A stretch of 64,000 nucleotides of DNA from the NCBI RefSeq assembly GCF_009914755.1, contig NC_060927.1; one strand, given 5' to 3'. Made by a program: the position numbers and the translations under genes. Positions within the stretch are counted from its first letter, which is position 1. Every line of letters begins with the position of its first letter. Positions 1-15,926 of the stretch are shown in pieces. The notes below the pieces were generated by a model that searched no databases, was not told the origin of the DNA, and was given only the letters and a program-made list of their open reading frames with translations. The DNA is from the human T2T-CHM13v2.0 reference genome, Homo sapiens.

Positions 1-810
1 CAGATCATAATGGTTTTCAGATTATTCTGCTAGGTAGGAACAGAGTCTTCCCTCAGCACTTAGTGGATGATCAGAGGTGGAACTTTATCAGATTTTGCCT
101 TTGGTAATGAGGCCGTGTTTGCCTTGCCTCTAATAGAACACTAAGAACAAAGGCCTCTCTATGGAAGGTGGGAGGTAGACAAGAGAATGTGACAGCTGTT
201 TTCCTTGGCTCCACACTCATGTTTTCCAGCCTTTACAGGGAATCAGAAGTGCTGGGTTCAAAGGCTAAATCTAATCACCTATTAGCTGCTTACCTTGGGC
301 AAGTTACTTAAACTTTCTGAGCCTTGCTTTTTTATTTGTTAAAAATGTGTCTAGACAAACTGTAGGGGTGGAGAGCAAACCAGTGATTGCCCAGGAATGA
401 GTCAGGAGGGAATGACACAAAGGGCAGCGGGGTGGGTGGGAGGAGGAAAGTTCTGTGTCATGATTACAGTGGTGGTCTCACAGCTCCACGCATTTGTGAC
501 CCATAGAAGTGAACCTGAAAATAATGAATTGTACTGTATACACATTTTAAAAGCAAATAAATTCTAAAGAGTGATTAAAATAAGGGTGAGGATAATAATA
601 AAAGATTTGAAAACATCTAGGACAATAAATGGCTCACATGTGTGCTAAATACATATCAATTGCTTTCTTTTCTGAGTCTGTTTCTTCATTCATAAAATGA
701 AAATTAAAATATTACTTCTTATAATCATAAAACATGTTATCTTTGTCATAAGTATGGTATGATTATAGGATTTTGAATGTAAACACTTTATCGGTAGTCA
801 AGATATAGCA

Positions 811-840
811 ATTCATTCATTCATTCATTCATTCATTCAT
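811..840. repeat. (ATTC)n, likely L2 3' tail
   Basis: About 7 tandem ATTC units. Confidence 0.85.
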
Positions 841-2773
841 GTTTTTTGAATGCTCTTGTTGGGTTAGGCCCCGTGGTGGGCGCTGCTGTTAAAATTTTAA
901 CAGAACCAATCCCTCCCATCCCAATGTAGCTCATAGTCCAGGAAAGAGAGAGTGATGAAAACATGATTGTAATAAATGCTGCATGTGTGAAGTTCCAACA
1001 GCTATAGTTGTATATCTAAGAGGCACCTAATGCAGACTCGGAGGAACAGAGAAAACTGCTTGAAAAAAAAATATTATCTAAAAAGAGACATGGAAGGCGA
1101 GTAGAAGATAGGCACCAAAGGAAGCACGGAAAGAGGGAGGGTTTGCAGGCAGACAAGACTATATAGAGAAAGATCTAGAAGGGAGGAAGAACAAGGCTCA
1201 TTCTGGAACAAAGCATCTTTCAGTCTGGTTGGGGCCGGGGATGATGGTTCATCCTGAAAATTCAAGCCTTAGACGGGGTGTTGGAAGAAGTGACCACTAG
1301 AGAGATTTCCACTCCCATAGGCACATAATTTCATAATGACTCTTGGCTCCCTCCTTGTATTCATTTCTAGGCAAGTGGGGTCTCAGCCCTTTGCTTTTCC
1401 TCGGGTATTTGGATTGGAACTTCGGGGAAAGTCTCTCTATTGAGCAGTGTGATCTTCTAGGTTCCCTGTGTCTGCTTTTGCATAATCACTCAGGTTCCAG
1501 CCTGCAGTCTTCACCGCCAGATAGAAGGTGACAGGAGTCATGGAAAGGATTCACATCCTCTAAGGCTGCTAGATGATGTCAACCCAATTACCAGAGACAG
1601 CACTATCTGAACGGCAATGCCCCTCAGGTGTCTGCACCTGTGTGGATCTGGGTGGAATTCTTTAATGTGACATTTGACTGGCAGAAGATCTGCTCCTCCC
1701 TGCCTCTTTTGTCCCCTTCTGAAAAGGAAGCAGCATCAGCAGTAGGGCAAAATTCAGACAATTCATAAATAGCCACTTTCCCCAGCCCCAGCCCCTGAAC
1801 CACAGCAACCTCTGCCTCTAGCCTCCTCAGTTCCTCCTTTAAAACCTTGAGACCTCCTCACAATCCAGGTTGTGGCCCTGGCCCCTGCCCTATGCTTTAT
1901 TTGTTCTGGTTGTTGAGAATGTACTGCTTGTTATATATTATAAATGTCACCTCTTTGGAGGACAGAGGACAACTGACTGGATGACTGCCCCGGGAAAATC
2001 ATTTTCTTTTTCTGGGTTACTATGACTCAGTGAAAATAAAAAAGGATTATCATATAGTTAAAATGTAGAGTTACCAGCTTTATTAATTTCTACGGTCTCT
2101 TCCACTCTTAGTAGTCTATGATTCTGTAAACTGTGAATAAATTCAGATTCCCATATCGGAGGTCTGAATACTGAGTGCTCATCCAAAGAAAGGAGTAAAT
2201 AGTCTACATCCGGATATGAGCAGGAACTTCTGCGAATCTTAGATTAATAGAACTTTAGAGCTGGGAGTGAAATCAAGTTCACCCAGCAAGCCTTTTCAGA
2301 TGTGTTCCACAGAGCTCTAGGAAGACCATGGGGAAAGATGAGAAGGGGTTAGCGGAGAGAGCTCCAAATTCCTGACTCTTGCTTCAGCCCAAGAAGCTCT
2401 GATTTTTCCTGCTGTTTACAGTGGTAGTCTGCCTAAGATTTTATTTGACGAAATATTTCTGTGTCTGGCAGACAAATCCTAAAATCCTTATATCCTGACT
2501 TGACAACTTGCTCTCAGTAGAGCCTTGAGTATTTACCTCCCAACTTCTCTGAGCCTCAGTTTTCTTGTCTATAAATGGAACCAATCATTCTGGCTCTCGA
2601 GGTTTTAGATCAGCACAAAACGTCCAAGAAAATGACTAGCATGAACTAGGCGTTTGGTATCTGTTAGTTGGATCTTAGTCCCACTTATGATTACTTCCTT
2701 AAGGTGGAAACCAGGTTCCCAGAGCTGCTCTGTGAAGATTGAAGAGGTTGGTAAACACATAGAGATACACATG

Positions 2774-2776
<3 letters not shown>

Positions 2777-2804
<28 letters not shown>
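2777..2804. repeat. (CA)n microsatellite
   Basis: Direct reading. Confidence 0.95.
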
Positions 2805-3879
2805 CAGGAACTGCCAAGAGGATATTTTAATAGGGACAATTACATCTGCAACACTTGGCTATCTCTGCATTACCAAACAAGGTGACAACAGCAAAATCCT
2901 ACTCAACCACAACGGCAGAAGCAGATCGCTCTGATAATCAGTGCAACACCATGGGTTTGGTTACTGCAGGATAACTCTCTGACCTTACTGGGCATCGTTT
3001 CCATACAGTAGCTATACAGGGGAAGTTGAATAACCGGTCTTGTTCCTCGCACTCAGGGTGTGGCAGCTGTAGTGCTTACAGTGTCTGTTTCAAATTTACC
3101 AGTCCAGTCCCTTCCACCCTCCCCATTTGCCCTAAAATGGTGGCCAGCTTGTTGCTCCCACCGGAGACAGTGTTGCAGTAGGCAGAAAGTTGTGCGCACG
3201 GTGACACTGCTTTCCATTTCCGAAGACGTGATACTCTTCTAAGTGGAACAGCCTAGAACTTAGATGTGTGTTCTCTTAAGCCTTCTGTTCTCATATGACT
3301 AATTCGAGAATCCACCCACTCTGGGGGCCATTAGGCGGGTACGAGGAAAGATTTCCAGGCAGTGTTCTCGTCACAAATTGTATCAGTGCAGGGCTTTGTA
3401 ATCAGATGGGGACTGACTCTCTCTTCCAGGCTGCCAGGGCAACATATCCCTGGGCTGAGGTTCAATCCTAGCCCTGTAACAAATTGACTGTGTCAGCTTG
3501 CCCCAGTCACCTGCCTTTTGTGTGTTTCCTCACATATGGAATTCTCATGTTTCTTGTATATATTTTTTTCTCAGTTGGAATTTGCACAATGCTTCTCTTT
3601 CCCTTGTTATTGTTTATTGCTTTCGGACCCTGTTTAGCAACAAATTTGGATTCTAGTTTATACTTATTATTGGCTCCTAGACTTTGACAGTACCATTACT
3701 TATAGTATTCTCAAAGAGTATTGAGACTAATGCCTTCATTTTTTAGTTGGAGAAATTAAGAATTTGAGTTAGAGGGTAATTTTCTCAGAGCCTCCCAAAT
3801 CCTGAGTGATTAAGCTAAAATTTGTGACTTTCAGTCGGTTGTCCTTTCCAATGTGTTTGTTCACTCTTTCATTTAATTG

Positions 3880-4900
<1,021 letters not shown>

Positions 4901-7589
4901 ATGGCACAAAGTCCACTACCATGGACAGCAGAAGAGATTAATATAAACTCAATAATGAGGGGTGTGAGAAGGGTAAGGAAGGGTGGGTCTGGACTACTCT
5001 GCAGAGAGACCGAACTTAGCCTAGGAGTACATGGCATCAGAGAAGGCTTCCTAGAGGAAGAAATATTCCAGACCTAAGCCACAACATGATGTAGAGTGAC
5101 CAACTGTCCAAGTTTGGTTTTCAGACCCCTCGGTCCCAGGGAAAGTGGGATGGGTGACCACCCACGGTCGGAGTTTCCTGGTGAAACCAGAGTGGTGGTG
5201 GGAGGACAGTGTTTTCAGCAGAGAGACTTGAATGTAAACATCTGAGAGACAAGAGAGGGCCATGCTACAGGGTAGGGAATAAAGAGGAGGAAAGTGGCAG
5301 CATGCAGGGTTGAGGAGGTAGGCAAGGGCACCAGCGTACGGCGAGGAAGCCAGAAGATCGCTGGGATTTGTTTCTACATCATTGGAAGGGTTTTAAGCAA
5401 GGAGTGTTAGCACTAACAACTCAGTGTTACCTGTCACCTCTGTTAATTTACCTGTAGAAGAGCTATTACAAGTAATTTATAAGTTTTCAGGTAAAGAAAA
5501 AGATGACAAGCAAGAAATCACTAAACAGAGTAGGAAATACATTTATACGAAAACATTCCAGCTAAGTGTTCAGTTGCTACTTGGGAGTCCTTCTGTGTAA
5601 TAAGGTCAAATTCCCTATGAAACTAGTTGATGTTTTCCCTCGTTTCTCTGCTTGCATCACTGACATCATTATTTTCTTAGGCTCAACAGCTCAGAGACAT
5701 AATTTTTATCTTTTCTTCTTGGTGACTCTGACAGCCTCCAAGTTCTGATTTGTTTTTCCTTCAGGATGTCTCTGCTTAGTCCTTTACCCGCAAGTTCCAC
5801 GGCTGCCAGCCTGCCTCAGGCTTCCTCACATGTGCCTTGGCAGTGGTGGACTAAGCTAGGCAATCAGTAGGATTGGATACCCCTGGGTGCAGGCAATGAC
5901 GAGGTGTTGTCTTTAGAGGTCTAAAACCAATACAAAACCAATTTGAAATTAGCCTGCCTTGTATTATTTCTATGTGCCAGCAACTATAGACAATGACAAA
6001 GATAAAATCTCCTTCCCACTGGGGCAGACTACTCCCAAATTCCCTCCCACTCAACTCTTGATTAGTGTAACATTTGCTTTATTGGTATCCCTGACAATTG
6101 ACCTTTTTTCCTCCAATCCTTCTCAGGCTGACTTTGTTAATCTAACAACTACAATCTATAACCACCTGTGTCGAGCTCTCCCAAACTTCAGAATCCTCCC
6201 TGAGGTTTACAGGATCAAGCCCCAATGCCTCAGTTTAGCTTTCGATCAAGCCCTCGGTAACCTGTAGGTAGCCTAACAGCTGTGACTTTTCCTTTTAATT
6301 TCACATCCCAAACCCTCTTTTCCAGAGGAGTCTATGTTACAAATTTATGGTTTCCTGCTGCAGTAGCAGGGAGGAAAACCAGTTTTGGATCCCAGCAGTA
6401 CTAGTGACTGTGTGAGCTTAAGCTAGTCACTTTCCCTCTAAAAGCCTTGATTTTCTCATAGTAAAATTAGGATAATAATACCTATAGAGCTGAAGTCACA
6501 GGATTACAGCAAGGGCAAAATGACATCATGGTTGTGAAAGCAGCTACCCGTGTGAGCCACGATGACTATTATAAGCAGTAGAGGTAAGTAATACTTGTCA
6601 GGGTAGTGGTTGTCAACAATTAGTGTTGATATTCATGGCAATGCATGACTTACTGATTTTTTTAATGTTGTCTATTTTATCTTTTATATATTTTATCTTT
6701 ACCACTCCATATCATACTCGTCATTTAAGAAACAACTCTAGACTAACTTCCTGCCAAATACTTCCTGGGTCACACTAGCCTACCGAACTGAACTCTGCTG
6801 TCCTCAAAAACCTCCAAAACATATACCCTTTGCATTCAGGCATGTACCACATGTATCATTTCATATCATGTTCCCACCTGGACTATAAATGCAACATCTC
6901 ATGCTTGTTTAGCATTTCTCTAAATGCTGAGAACATAGTAGATGTTAAATCAAGACTTGCTAAAATGAACGAATGAATGAATGCATAGAGGCATCTTTCT
7001 TTTTTATTTTTAACCCCTCACAGCAAAATATGCTAATAGTGCCCTCTGCTGCTGACTAACGATTCTGTTTTTTACACAGTTGAAAAGCAAGTGACAGAAA
7101 GCTCAGTAAAAGGAAATAGGTAAAAATTGTGTCTTTCAAGGTGCTTGGCACAAACAAAGTAGCTGTAATGTCACAGTGCAGACAGAAAGCGAGGCTGTCA
7201 GAAGGACCAAATGAGGTGGCTGCAGACAAGACAAGCCTCTCTTTTCTGGACTGCTGATTGACAACCAGCTTGGAGTTCAAACACTCTCAATTTTGTAATT
7301 TTGTAACAAGTTTCTCTTCTCCTGTGCCCCTGCCCTAGCAATAAGTGCGTTATATATGATCAGACTATTTCTAAATGTAACTGTATGAAAATTAACCTTG
7401 AAGGTTCTGAGGTTGATCAAGGGATAATGCACTAAAAAAAAAAAAGTCATGAGAGCAGGTGAAATATTGCCAGAGAATTCACAGTCCTATTCATTTTCCT
7501 TCATTTTAGGTGTTCTGATATAGTCACAAGTCATTGTCTTTTAATGATTACCTGCTATGTGTTCGGCTCTCTTTTTATAATCTCAATTA

Positions 7590-7790
7590 ATCTTTCTTCT
7601 TTTCTTTCTTACTCTTTTTCTTTCTTTCTTTTTCTTTCTTCTTTCTCTTTCTTCTTTGTTTCTCCTTTCTTTCTTTCCTTTCTCCTTCCTTCCTTCCTTC
7701 CTTCTTTCCCTCTTCCCTTCTCTTCCCCTTCCCTCCCCTCCCCTCCCCCACTCCTGCCCCTCTCCTCCCGTCCCCTCCCCTTCCCTTCCT
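7590..7790. repeat. ~200-bp polypyrimidine/polypurine low-complexity tract (TTTC, CCTT, CCCCT)
   Basis: Almost exclusively C/T on the + strand. Confidence 0.92.
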
Positions 7791-7794
7791 GACA

Positions 7795-7905
7795 ATATCT
7801 CCATATGTTGCCGAGCCTGGTCTCAAACTCCTGGCCTCAAGTGATCCTCCAGCCTTGGCCTCCTAAAGTGCTCAGATTACAGGCATGAGCCATCATGCCT
7901 GGCCA
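7795..7905 (-). mobile_element. FLAM / Alu left monomer
   Basis: CTGGTCTCAAACTCCTGGCCTCAAGTGATCCTCC...CATGCCTGGCC. Confidence 0.8.
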
Positions 7906-10900
7906 ATGAAATCTCTAGATAACTTATGAAATAGATATTACCAGCCTTTTCTTTATAGATAAAGACACTGAACAGATGTGCGTTAAAGGCCAGTAAAAGG
8001 CAGAAAGGGCTGCAAGTCCATGGTAACACAGTCTGCACTCTTCTCTGCAATTCCATAGCTTCTCAGTGTGGTCTGCCGCTCTAGGAGTCAGAGGAGCTGG
8101 TTTTGAGTCCATATTTCTACCACTAACATTTCAGTAAAGTTGAGTAACTCACATTTCTCCACCTCTAAAATAAAGGGCATAAGGTCAGGTGCTTTCTAAG
8201 GTCCCTTCCAACTTGGAGTCAGTTGTTTGCAGTGTCGTTCACTTGCTAAGCTATAAATACAAAGCACAATTGTGGCTATGATTCTTCCTTGGGGTCCCTA
8301 CCATGGACTTGATCTTCCCTGTTTAGCCTGCTCTGATGAGTTAAACGTTGACCTCAGATCAATAATGAAAAGCCCTCTGTGCTGACGTTGATGGTCATTC
8401 AAATATCATTCTATTTAATTTGTAAATCCTTCTACATATAAATGACATGTTTTGACCACAGAGTTCAAGGCATGATAGTTTATTTCATGCTGATTCTGAA
8501 GGTAGGGCAGTTTTCAGTTTTGGCACGCCAATTTGTCACATTTGACATTTTTGACAATCAGCCTTTAGCTGGTAAGTGGCTTGGTGGGCAACGTGTCCCT
8601 AGTTAATAGGCACACCCCGATAGCTCACAGTCTCCGGGGACAGCCATCTCTGCAGCATGCCTAGCCTTTGAAGCGGCTCACGCGTTCTTCAAAGCAAACT
8701 TTCTGGTACAGGGAGCAACATCTGATGTACTTTTATTACCCTTAGAGACAAAAAAAACATCACTCAGAAGCCAAACGTCTGCAAGGAAAAATCTGTACCC
8801 TGTGCTTAGCCCTGCGGCCTGGAAGTTCAGAGAAGGCTGAAAGTGCTCCCTGTGAGGAAACCAGGGCATGTTTAGACAGAGCTTTAATCATGTCTAACCA
8901 ACTCAGAGCAGTGGCAGCAGCCATCTTGCTGAAGATGTCGCCTCCTTCTGGATTTGCACTGGAGTGTGGGGGAGTGGGTGAGATCTAGTGTCAGATAAGC
9001 TCATAATAATTCCTACTGCTTCCTAGTTATTCAAAACATCAAAACTGCAAAATCTTCTTAGAGAGTTCAGCAACTTTTTTTTAACTCGAGGAACTGACAT
9101 CTACTGACTTTGACTTCTGTCAAATTATTTATCTATTCTGGTGTTTTATTTTTTCCACTATATGAGAATAATCATCACATCTATTGGGATGTCGTGAAAA
9201 ACTTAGTGAACCCAATGCTAAACGATGAAGTGGACTACTTTCCCAGAAATCTTTACTCTGTCTAGGCAAGGGAGCTTCAACAATACCGCCCATGCCTGTT
9301 CTTTACTTAATACTAAGTAGCTAAAGTTAGAATAAATTGCAGATTAAGACCACTGAGAATCCAGCTGTCCTAAAAGATGTTTACACCTTTATCTGGGATG
9401 CTGAAGGGTTGAAAATCTCCAAGTAGTCTTTATTTAATTAACCAATGTTAACTTCAAAGAAATATAATTCTGGTTCATATTACCTTGTGAAAAAAAAGTC
9501 CTGAAATTCTGAACTTGAAATATAATAAAAATTCTAGCATCTATTCAGTAAATGTTGCTAAACACTGGACTATCGTGATAGACCAGAATATTACTCCAGT
9601 GACCGGAAGCCTTGAAGTCAGCTTCTGAGCCTCAGGGACTCTATAATTTATTCTAAATCTAAGTAGTCTGATTGCCTAAGACCTTCAAAGGCATTTGCAA
9701 AGTTTAACACACCAAAAAACAGGTACAGAGAACAAAAAGGGTGATTGGATGCTTGTTGCTTTATGTCCTATTTGACCCTTTGGTTTTAAATGAGGTAAAT
9801 TGCTCCAATTAACTCCTGTTGGAGATGGTTTTCTTTCAATGATTCCTTCTGTTCCTTGTTTGACATTGGAAAAGATGTCATTAGTAAAGCATTACATGGC
9901 TTTCGGGTTTTATTAAAAGACTGACTGAGTTTACCAAATGCTAGGCTTTTCAGACAACATACCTGTGTGCTGCAATATTGTCATTATTCCCATTTCTGAT
10001 ACGAAAGTCTAATAATTTGAGTGAAGTAGATTAGTTCCAGGTCATGTAGGGTAGAAAGTTTCATGGACTTATGGGCAGAGGAATATGCTGCTGGTAGAGC
10101 CCATTGACTTTAGTCTCAACGATGAATTCACGTCAGCTATTTCTGATAGTAGCTACTCCTCTGCTTTTCAGAAGGAAGCTCAGTCCTTCAGGGCTTTCAC
10201 ACTACCCACTTGAATAATACCTCCCTTGCAAGTGAATACAATAAAACTTACTCTTTAACTGGTATTTATTAAGATTTTCACAGCATTCATTAAACTGCTT
10301 TCCGAAGGCTATCTCATTCCACTCCACCCCAAAACACCAACTTTCTGAACTCTCATTTTCTCCGAAGGCTCAATCCTTTAGAACCCAAGAAATCATTCAG
10401 TTCAAATGCAACACTTTTCAGCTGAGGACACTGTGATGCAATGAGAGGTTAAGTGGCTCATTCCCATGTATTGGTGGCAGATCAGTCAGGCCAGATCCAG
10501 CTCACCTGTCACCTTCTCTCCAACTTTTCCCTACCACTAACCACTCCTTTCCCACTTGCATGACCTTTCCTCCTACCCCTATCACAATCCTCTGCCGTAA
10601 CATTCACCTTACTTTAAGTTGATCATTTGTTTACATCTGTTTTTTTCCACTTTGAGTTCCTTAAAAGAAGGGATAACATTTTATTCATCTTTAAATGCCT
10701 CCCTAAGCCTACAACGGCACGGCCACTCAAAAACTCTCTGTGAAATGAATTCATACATGACCAGGGCTTTACGACATCACCTTCTCTGTGCCTGTTTGTT
10801 TTTTCCCATTTACACAATGAAGATGGCATTGACGTGTCTCTCAAGATAATTATGTAGTTACATATGATTGCTACGTGCTTCAAGACCATAAAAAAGCTTT

Positions 10901-13900
10901 ATAAAGCCAACCACGATTACAACCTTTGAAACAATGGAATATACGATTAACAAGTGGAAAGAGATGAGACATACCAGGTAATGCTTATTGTCCATTCCCT
11001 ATTTCTACCTCCACCCACCACCAGGTAGTAACTCAGAGGTAAAAACATAAACTTGGAATAAGAGAGGAGGGTTTACCTCGGGTCTGGATAAGATTATTAG
11101 GACCGATGTCATCACGCTGCCGTCATGCGGGAAGGCACCTAGGTCTGATGAGAGAGGCCCAGGGCAAGATTCCCATATATATAGGTAACACTCAATTCAC
11201 TGTTGAAATGAGGCTCAAATCAAGAAGGCACGTGGCCTTATCTATTCGAAATTGATTCGTCCTTCAAAAGCAGAAGATATCAGATAATTATAAAAGGGAC
11301 TGTTAAGGTAGAAAGACTGTCAAACTCTAGGCTACCCTGGCTCTCCTCTGTGGCCATTCTACCAAAATAGAGGGGGTACAGCATGTCTTATTCACCTTTT
11401 GTTCTCCCTTCTCCTAAATGTACCATATAAAATGACTAGAAAACATGTGTCATATGTTGACTAAACGAAGCATTCATTTAGATTTTCCTCCCCAGCAACA
11501 TGTCTGGAAAAAAAATGATAGGAACATCTTGTTTGGTTATTTTTATTGTGGGCCCTTAATAAGATAGTTGAAGCCAGAGGTGCCTCATTAACCCAACTTT
11601 TTACAGCTGATGCCATCCATTGTAGAGTGAAACAGAATCAATAGTCAGATTGTTCCCAACTTGGCTTTGCCCAGCCTCGGAGGTCAGCAGTGGGCACAGA
11701 AAACACTGTGAATTACAAGGAGGAGGAGGTAAAGGGGAAGCTCTGACAGAATGAGTCTGCAGCTCCAACCCAGCAGTGAGCTCAATGAGTGGTTGATGTT
11801 ACTTGTTTTGATGTGTTTGAAGAAATCAACCAGGTTCAGGAGAAAAAAAAAAAAAAAAAAAGTCTATATGCCTCCTGTTGGAAACATCAAATTATCAGGG
11901 AGTAGAGGATTTGTGGGTGGGCAGTTGGAACTATGTGAGACGTCATTTCACATCACAGCCTTCTTGGCAGGAGGCAGAGAGGGCTTGTAACACGGACTTG
12001 TGGTCTGGAGTTTTTGCCAATGGCTCCTGTTTCCCTAAAGTGCTCTGGATGTGGGAACAGGTCAACATTTTCCCACTTCTCAGCCATACCACTGTCAGTC
12101 AGCTCAGAATGTTCAATGCTTTGGCATAAGGAACTGGTGAGGCGGCCCCCATTACCTCCTTTCTTGACGTCAGTGAGGGAGTCATTCCCTGTGGTTCTCT
12201 TGTGTGAAATAATTCAGCATTTGTACTTCAATTAAAATTCACAGGTATATATTATTAAATAGCACTGACTCATTCCATGGCTTCTCCTCAGCTGAGGAAG
12301 TGCCAAAAATGTTATGATGTCAATGATGAAGAGTGCATTAAAAGTCTTAAGAGTGCGTTAAAACTGAGATTTCCTTGTCAAACAATGTAGGTTCGGGGCT
12401 GTGAAGAAAGCACTTCGCCCATCCACAGTATCACTCTGTCCTGTGTCAGATTTTTCTAAAGAAGAAATTTAAGTTCAAGATTCTTTTTGCCTTTGAGGGA
12501 GAGAAAAATGATACCTGACTAGAATCCTCTTCCCTTTTGTGAGCTTCATAAAAGCAGTTCAAGGCTCAAGGTATGTCTTTAAAAATAGGGCTGAATCAAA
12601 TTGAATAATACAACTCGTATTCAATATATCACAGAGGAGAGAAGAGGAAGTATGCCAACATACATCCCTCAGCAGGAAAATAAAAGAGGAGAAAAAGGTT
12701 TTCTTGATTTGGTAAAATCAGACTTTTTTATTCACATTTATTATTTTATATTTAATATGCCTAGAAGCACGGCCAGGGGAGCAACAACCCTGGTGCTCTT
12801 TTCTCCCTTCTGACCCAAAAGACTGTGCTTCTAGCTCAGACCTGGACACTCTGAGCCACGTGACCCCAGGTAATCACCTCTCTCCACTGCTCTCCATGTC
12901 CTCATCTGCAAAATGGACATCACGATCCATGCCCAGAATACCTCCTGGGGTTCCCAGTGTGTGAACATGCTCTGTGTCATAAGCATTCAAAACAATAATA
13001 TAGGTGAAAATAAAAGCTTTGTGAGCTGCAGACTTTTCACACAAGGGAAGGATCATCACCAAGACCAATGGTAATTCCTCAGATAACACAGATGAGATGT
13101 ACTATTCATACACATTGGACTATTTAACCTAGGCTGACTCAAGCACATTCAGCACTTCGTGAGAATTAGAAAAGACACCCTTTCTGGAAAGATATAGCCC
13201 TGCAGGTCCATAGATTGGTAAGCAAGTACCATCTCTGGGCAAATAGAATAAGACATCCCTTCCACCAGCTGGACAAAGCCCTGTGCCAGGGTTCCAGCCC
13301 CCATGTACACTCCCACAGGCATTCTTGCATAACCAAGTTCAACAGTCCTGGCTTTAGCTCTGGCTCTGTTGCTCAAATTCTGTAACCATGGGATCATCTT
13401 TACCACCTCTAAGCCTCACTTTCTACCCAAAAAGAAAGATGAAATTGAACTGTGATTTCTACGCCCTCCTTCAGCTGTAAAAGCAACAAATGTCCTAATG
13501 GGCTTTTCCATCCTTCTACACAAGGGATTATGTGCCATACGAACTGCAATTTCTAAGCTTCACTTTTTTTTAAGTTGTCTGATGACACTCCCTAAATATT
13601 TGAATGAAATTATGTATGGTTTGATGTGGAGCAGATTAAGAAGTAAATGCTTTAGTGTATACATGATGTTTCAGGTGTAAAGCAACATGGTTAACCGGCA
13701 AAACAAGAATAACTACCCTGTGTTGTCAGCAAATGGCACAAGATGTGGCTCTAACACAACATCTATTCGGCCTTCACCCACTTTCTGTGGGACTGAATAT
13801 AAGAATCAGTGATGAAGTCCCTGCCCCTCCCCTAGTGCCCATCGCACCCAGGAAGTGGGAACTTTAAGGAGCCAAACAAAGACTGTTTCTATGTTGATGC

Positions 13901-14086
13901 CTTGTTGCCAGAAAACAGAAATCAGATCCTCACCCAGATCCTCCAATCAGCAAATCTGAGTGCCAACAAGCTCTTCACAGTGGGAGGACAAATAGCAATC
14001 TACCTTTGCAAAGCTCAAGAACTTTTAGGTCTAAATTTGGGTTTACGTTTTTAAAAATCAGGTACACACATAAAAAACCCATTCAC

Positions 14087-14398
<312 letters not shown>

Positions 14399-15133
14399 TC
14401 ACAACTCTCTAAATGTTAGCAGAAATAAATTTGGTTGTGACTATTTCTAAAATGGTTTTGGTTTCTTTTTTTTCTTTTTGCTTTGTTTGTATTTTGAGTA
14501 GGAGGGAGGGCCTTGTTACAATCAATTATGTCATTTTCAGAGAAGGGAACTAAAGTCTGGAAAGGGAAAGAGAGTAGTTCCATATCACACAGCAGGGCAT
14601 ATTTGATAGAACTGGGAGGATAATCCAATGCTCTTTCCACTCTCCCATGATTAAAATACAACCAGAAGGTTCAGTAAAAAACAGATGGTTCATACATCAC
14701 TAACTCAAATTTTCAATTTCAATGGATGAATGTTCTTACCACTCACCAGATTGTAAACGGCAGAAAGTAAATCTTCCCTCCACCACTGCCCGTCATAAAA
14801 GCATGTGATCTCCCACGGGCGAATGATAAAGTCTCCCCTAGGTTAGAAGAACCCCATCCCCCATGAACTATGCCTTTGTAGTGTCTTTCTTAGAAGTGGG
14901 ACCTGGAACCAAGCATTCTCTGGATCAATGCCCAGTTTGGTCTCCATCTCTGTTCTTCAAGAGCAGTGTCCCCACCTTTCCTGAGGCCACTGCACCAGCA
15001 ACACTAGTCATGTCCCAATGTTGCCCCTAAAGTGGTCCCAAAAGCTCCTATGTAATTACAAAACCATTCTGTGAAGATAAAGCAAACATTTGGGAGAACA
15101 AAAATAAATGCCAGATATTAAAATAAGCCTCCC

Positions 15134-15139
15134 TTTATT
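15134..15139 (-). terminator. Likely main polyadenylation signal AATAAA
   Basis: TTTATT on + strand; downstream on the minus strand a U/GU-rich element (CATTTATTTTTGTTCT, ~15095-15110). Confidence 0.65.
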
Positions 15140-15829
15140 AAACAAATCAGACACAAGCACAAATCTGTGTGCTGGATAGCAGCAATGAGGAGGGGCCCCC
15201 AAAATATAAGCAGATGACGGTTAAAATCAATCAGAAATTTATTTTTCTTATGTAAGTACAAAACACCTCTTTTCATCAGTGGACCCCACTCCTAGGCAAC
15301 CTGGCCATGGTGCCCGGATGCAGGCAGTATTCAAGAGTTTCTTCCAAAGTCACCAGGGTGAAAAGCCATTCTACTACAACCTCTACATGACCTTTTAAAG
15401 TGTACAACTTATAGGACAGTCCTTTCTGGAGTACTGTGGAGGGTGAATCAAAGCTTCCAGTGTAAGTTTATTGTCTGGCGAAAACACCAGAGCCAAAAAT
15501 TCCACCAAGGCCCTGGAAAGACTGAAGTCCCCTCTGTCTCATACAGTAATCATCCATGAGATCTCCCGGAGCCTGGGTGATCATTACGCCCATGATACCT
15601 GAGGCAGCGTGGACTCTGCCAGGGGCTCCTCAGACCCAAAGTGGAGCTCACTTTGGAGAGTCGGAGCTCATGGCCGTTAGCACCTAAGGATGTGGCTGAA
15701 AGGCACAGAGCAAGAAAGGGCTTCAGAGACCAGGCACAGGTTAATTTTAGAACTGGAGCACACGTGAGAGTTGTAGTTTCACCACCAAGAAGCTTATTCT
15801 CTCTAAGCTTTTGAATTTGCAGCAACTTA

Positions 15830-15831
<2 letters not shown>

Positions 15832-15864
<33 letters not shown>
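15832..15864. repeat. (TG)n microsatellite in the P3H2 3' UTR
   Basis: Direct reading. Confidence 0.95.
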
Positions 15865-15867
<3 letters not shown>

Positions 15868-15926
15868 GGGGAGGAGGTGAACTGGGCTTTGATAGATACA
15901 TGAAATGATGAAAAACCAAGAAAGAG

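Noticed and set aside
8864-8895. Possible p53/p63 element GGGCATGTTT AGACAGAGCT
   Set aside because: Only one canonical half-site; the adjacent decamer lacks the CWWG core.
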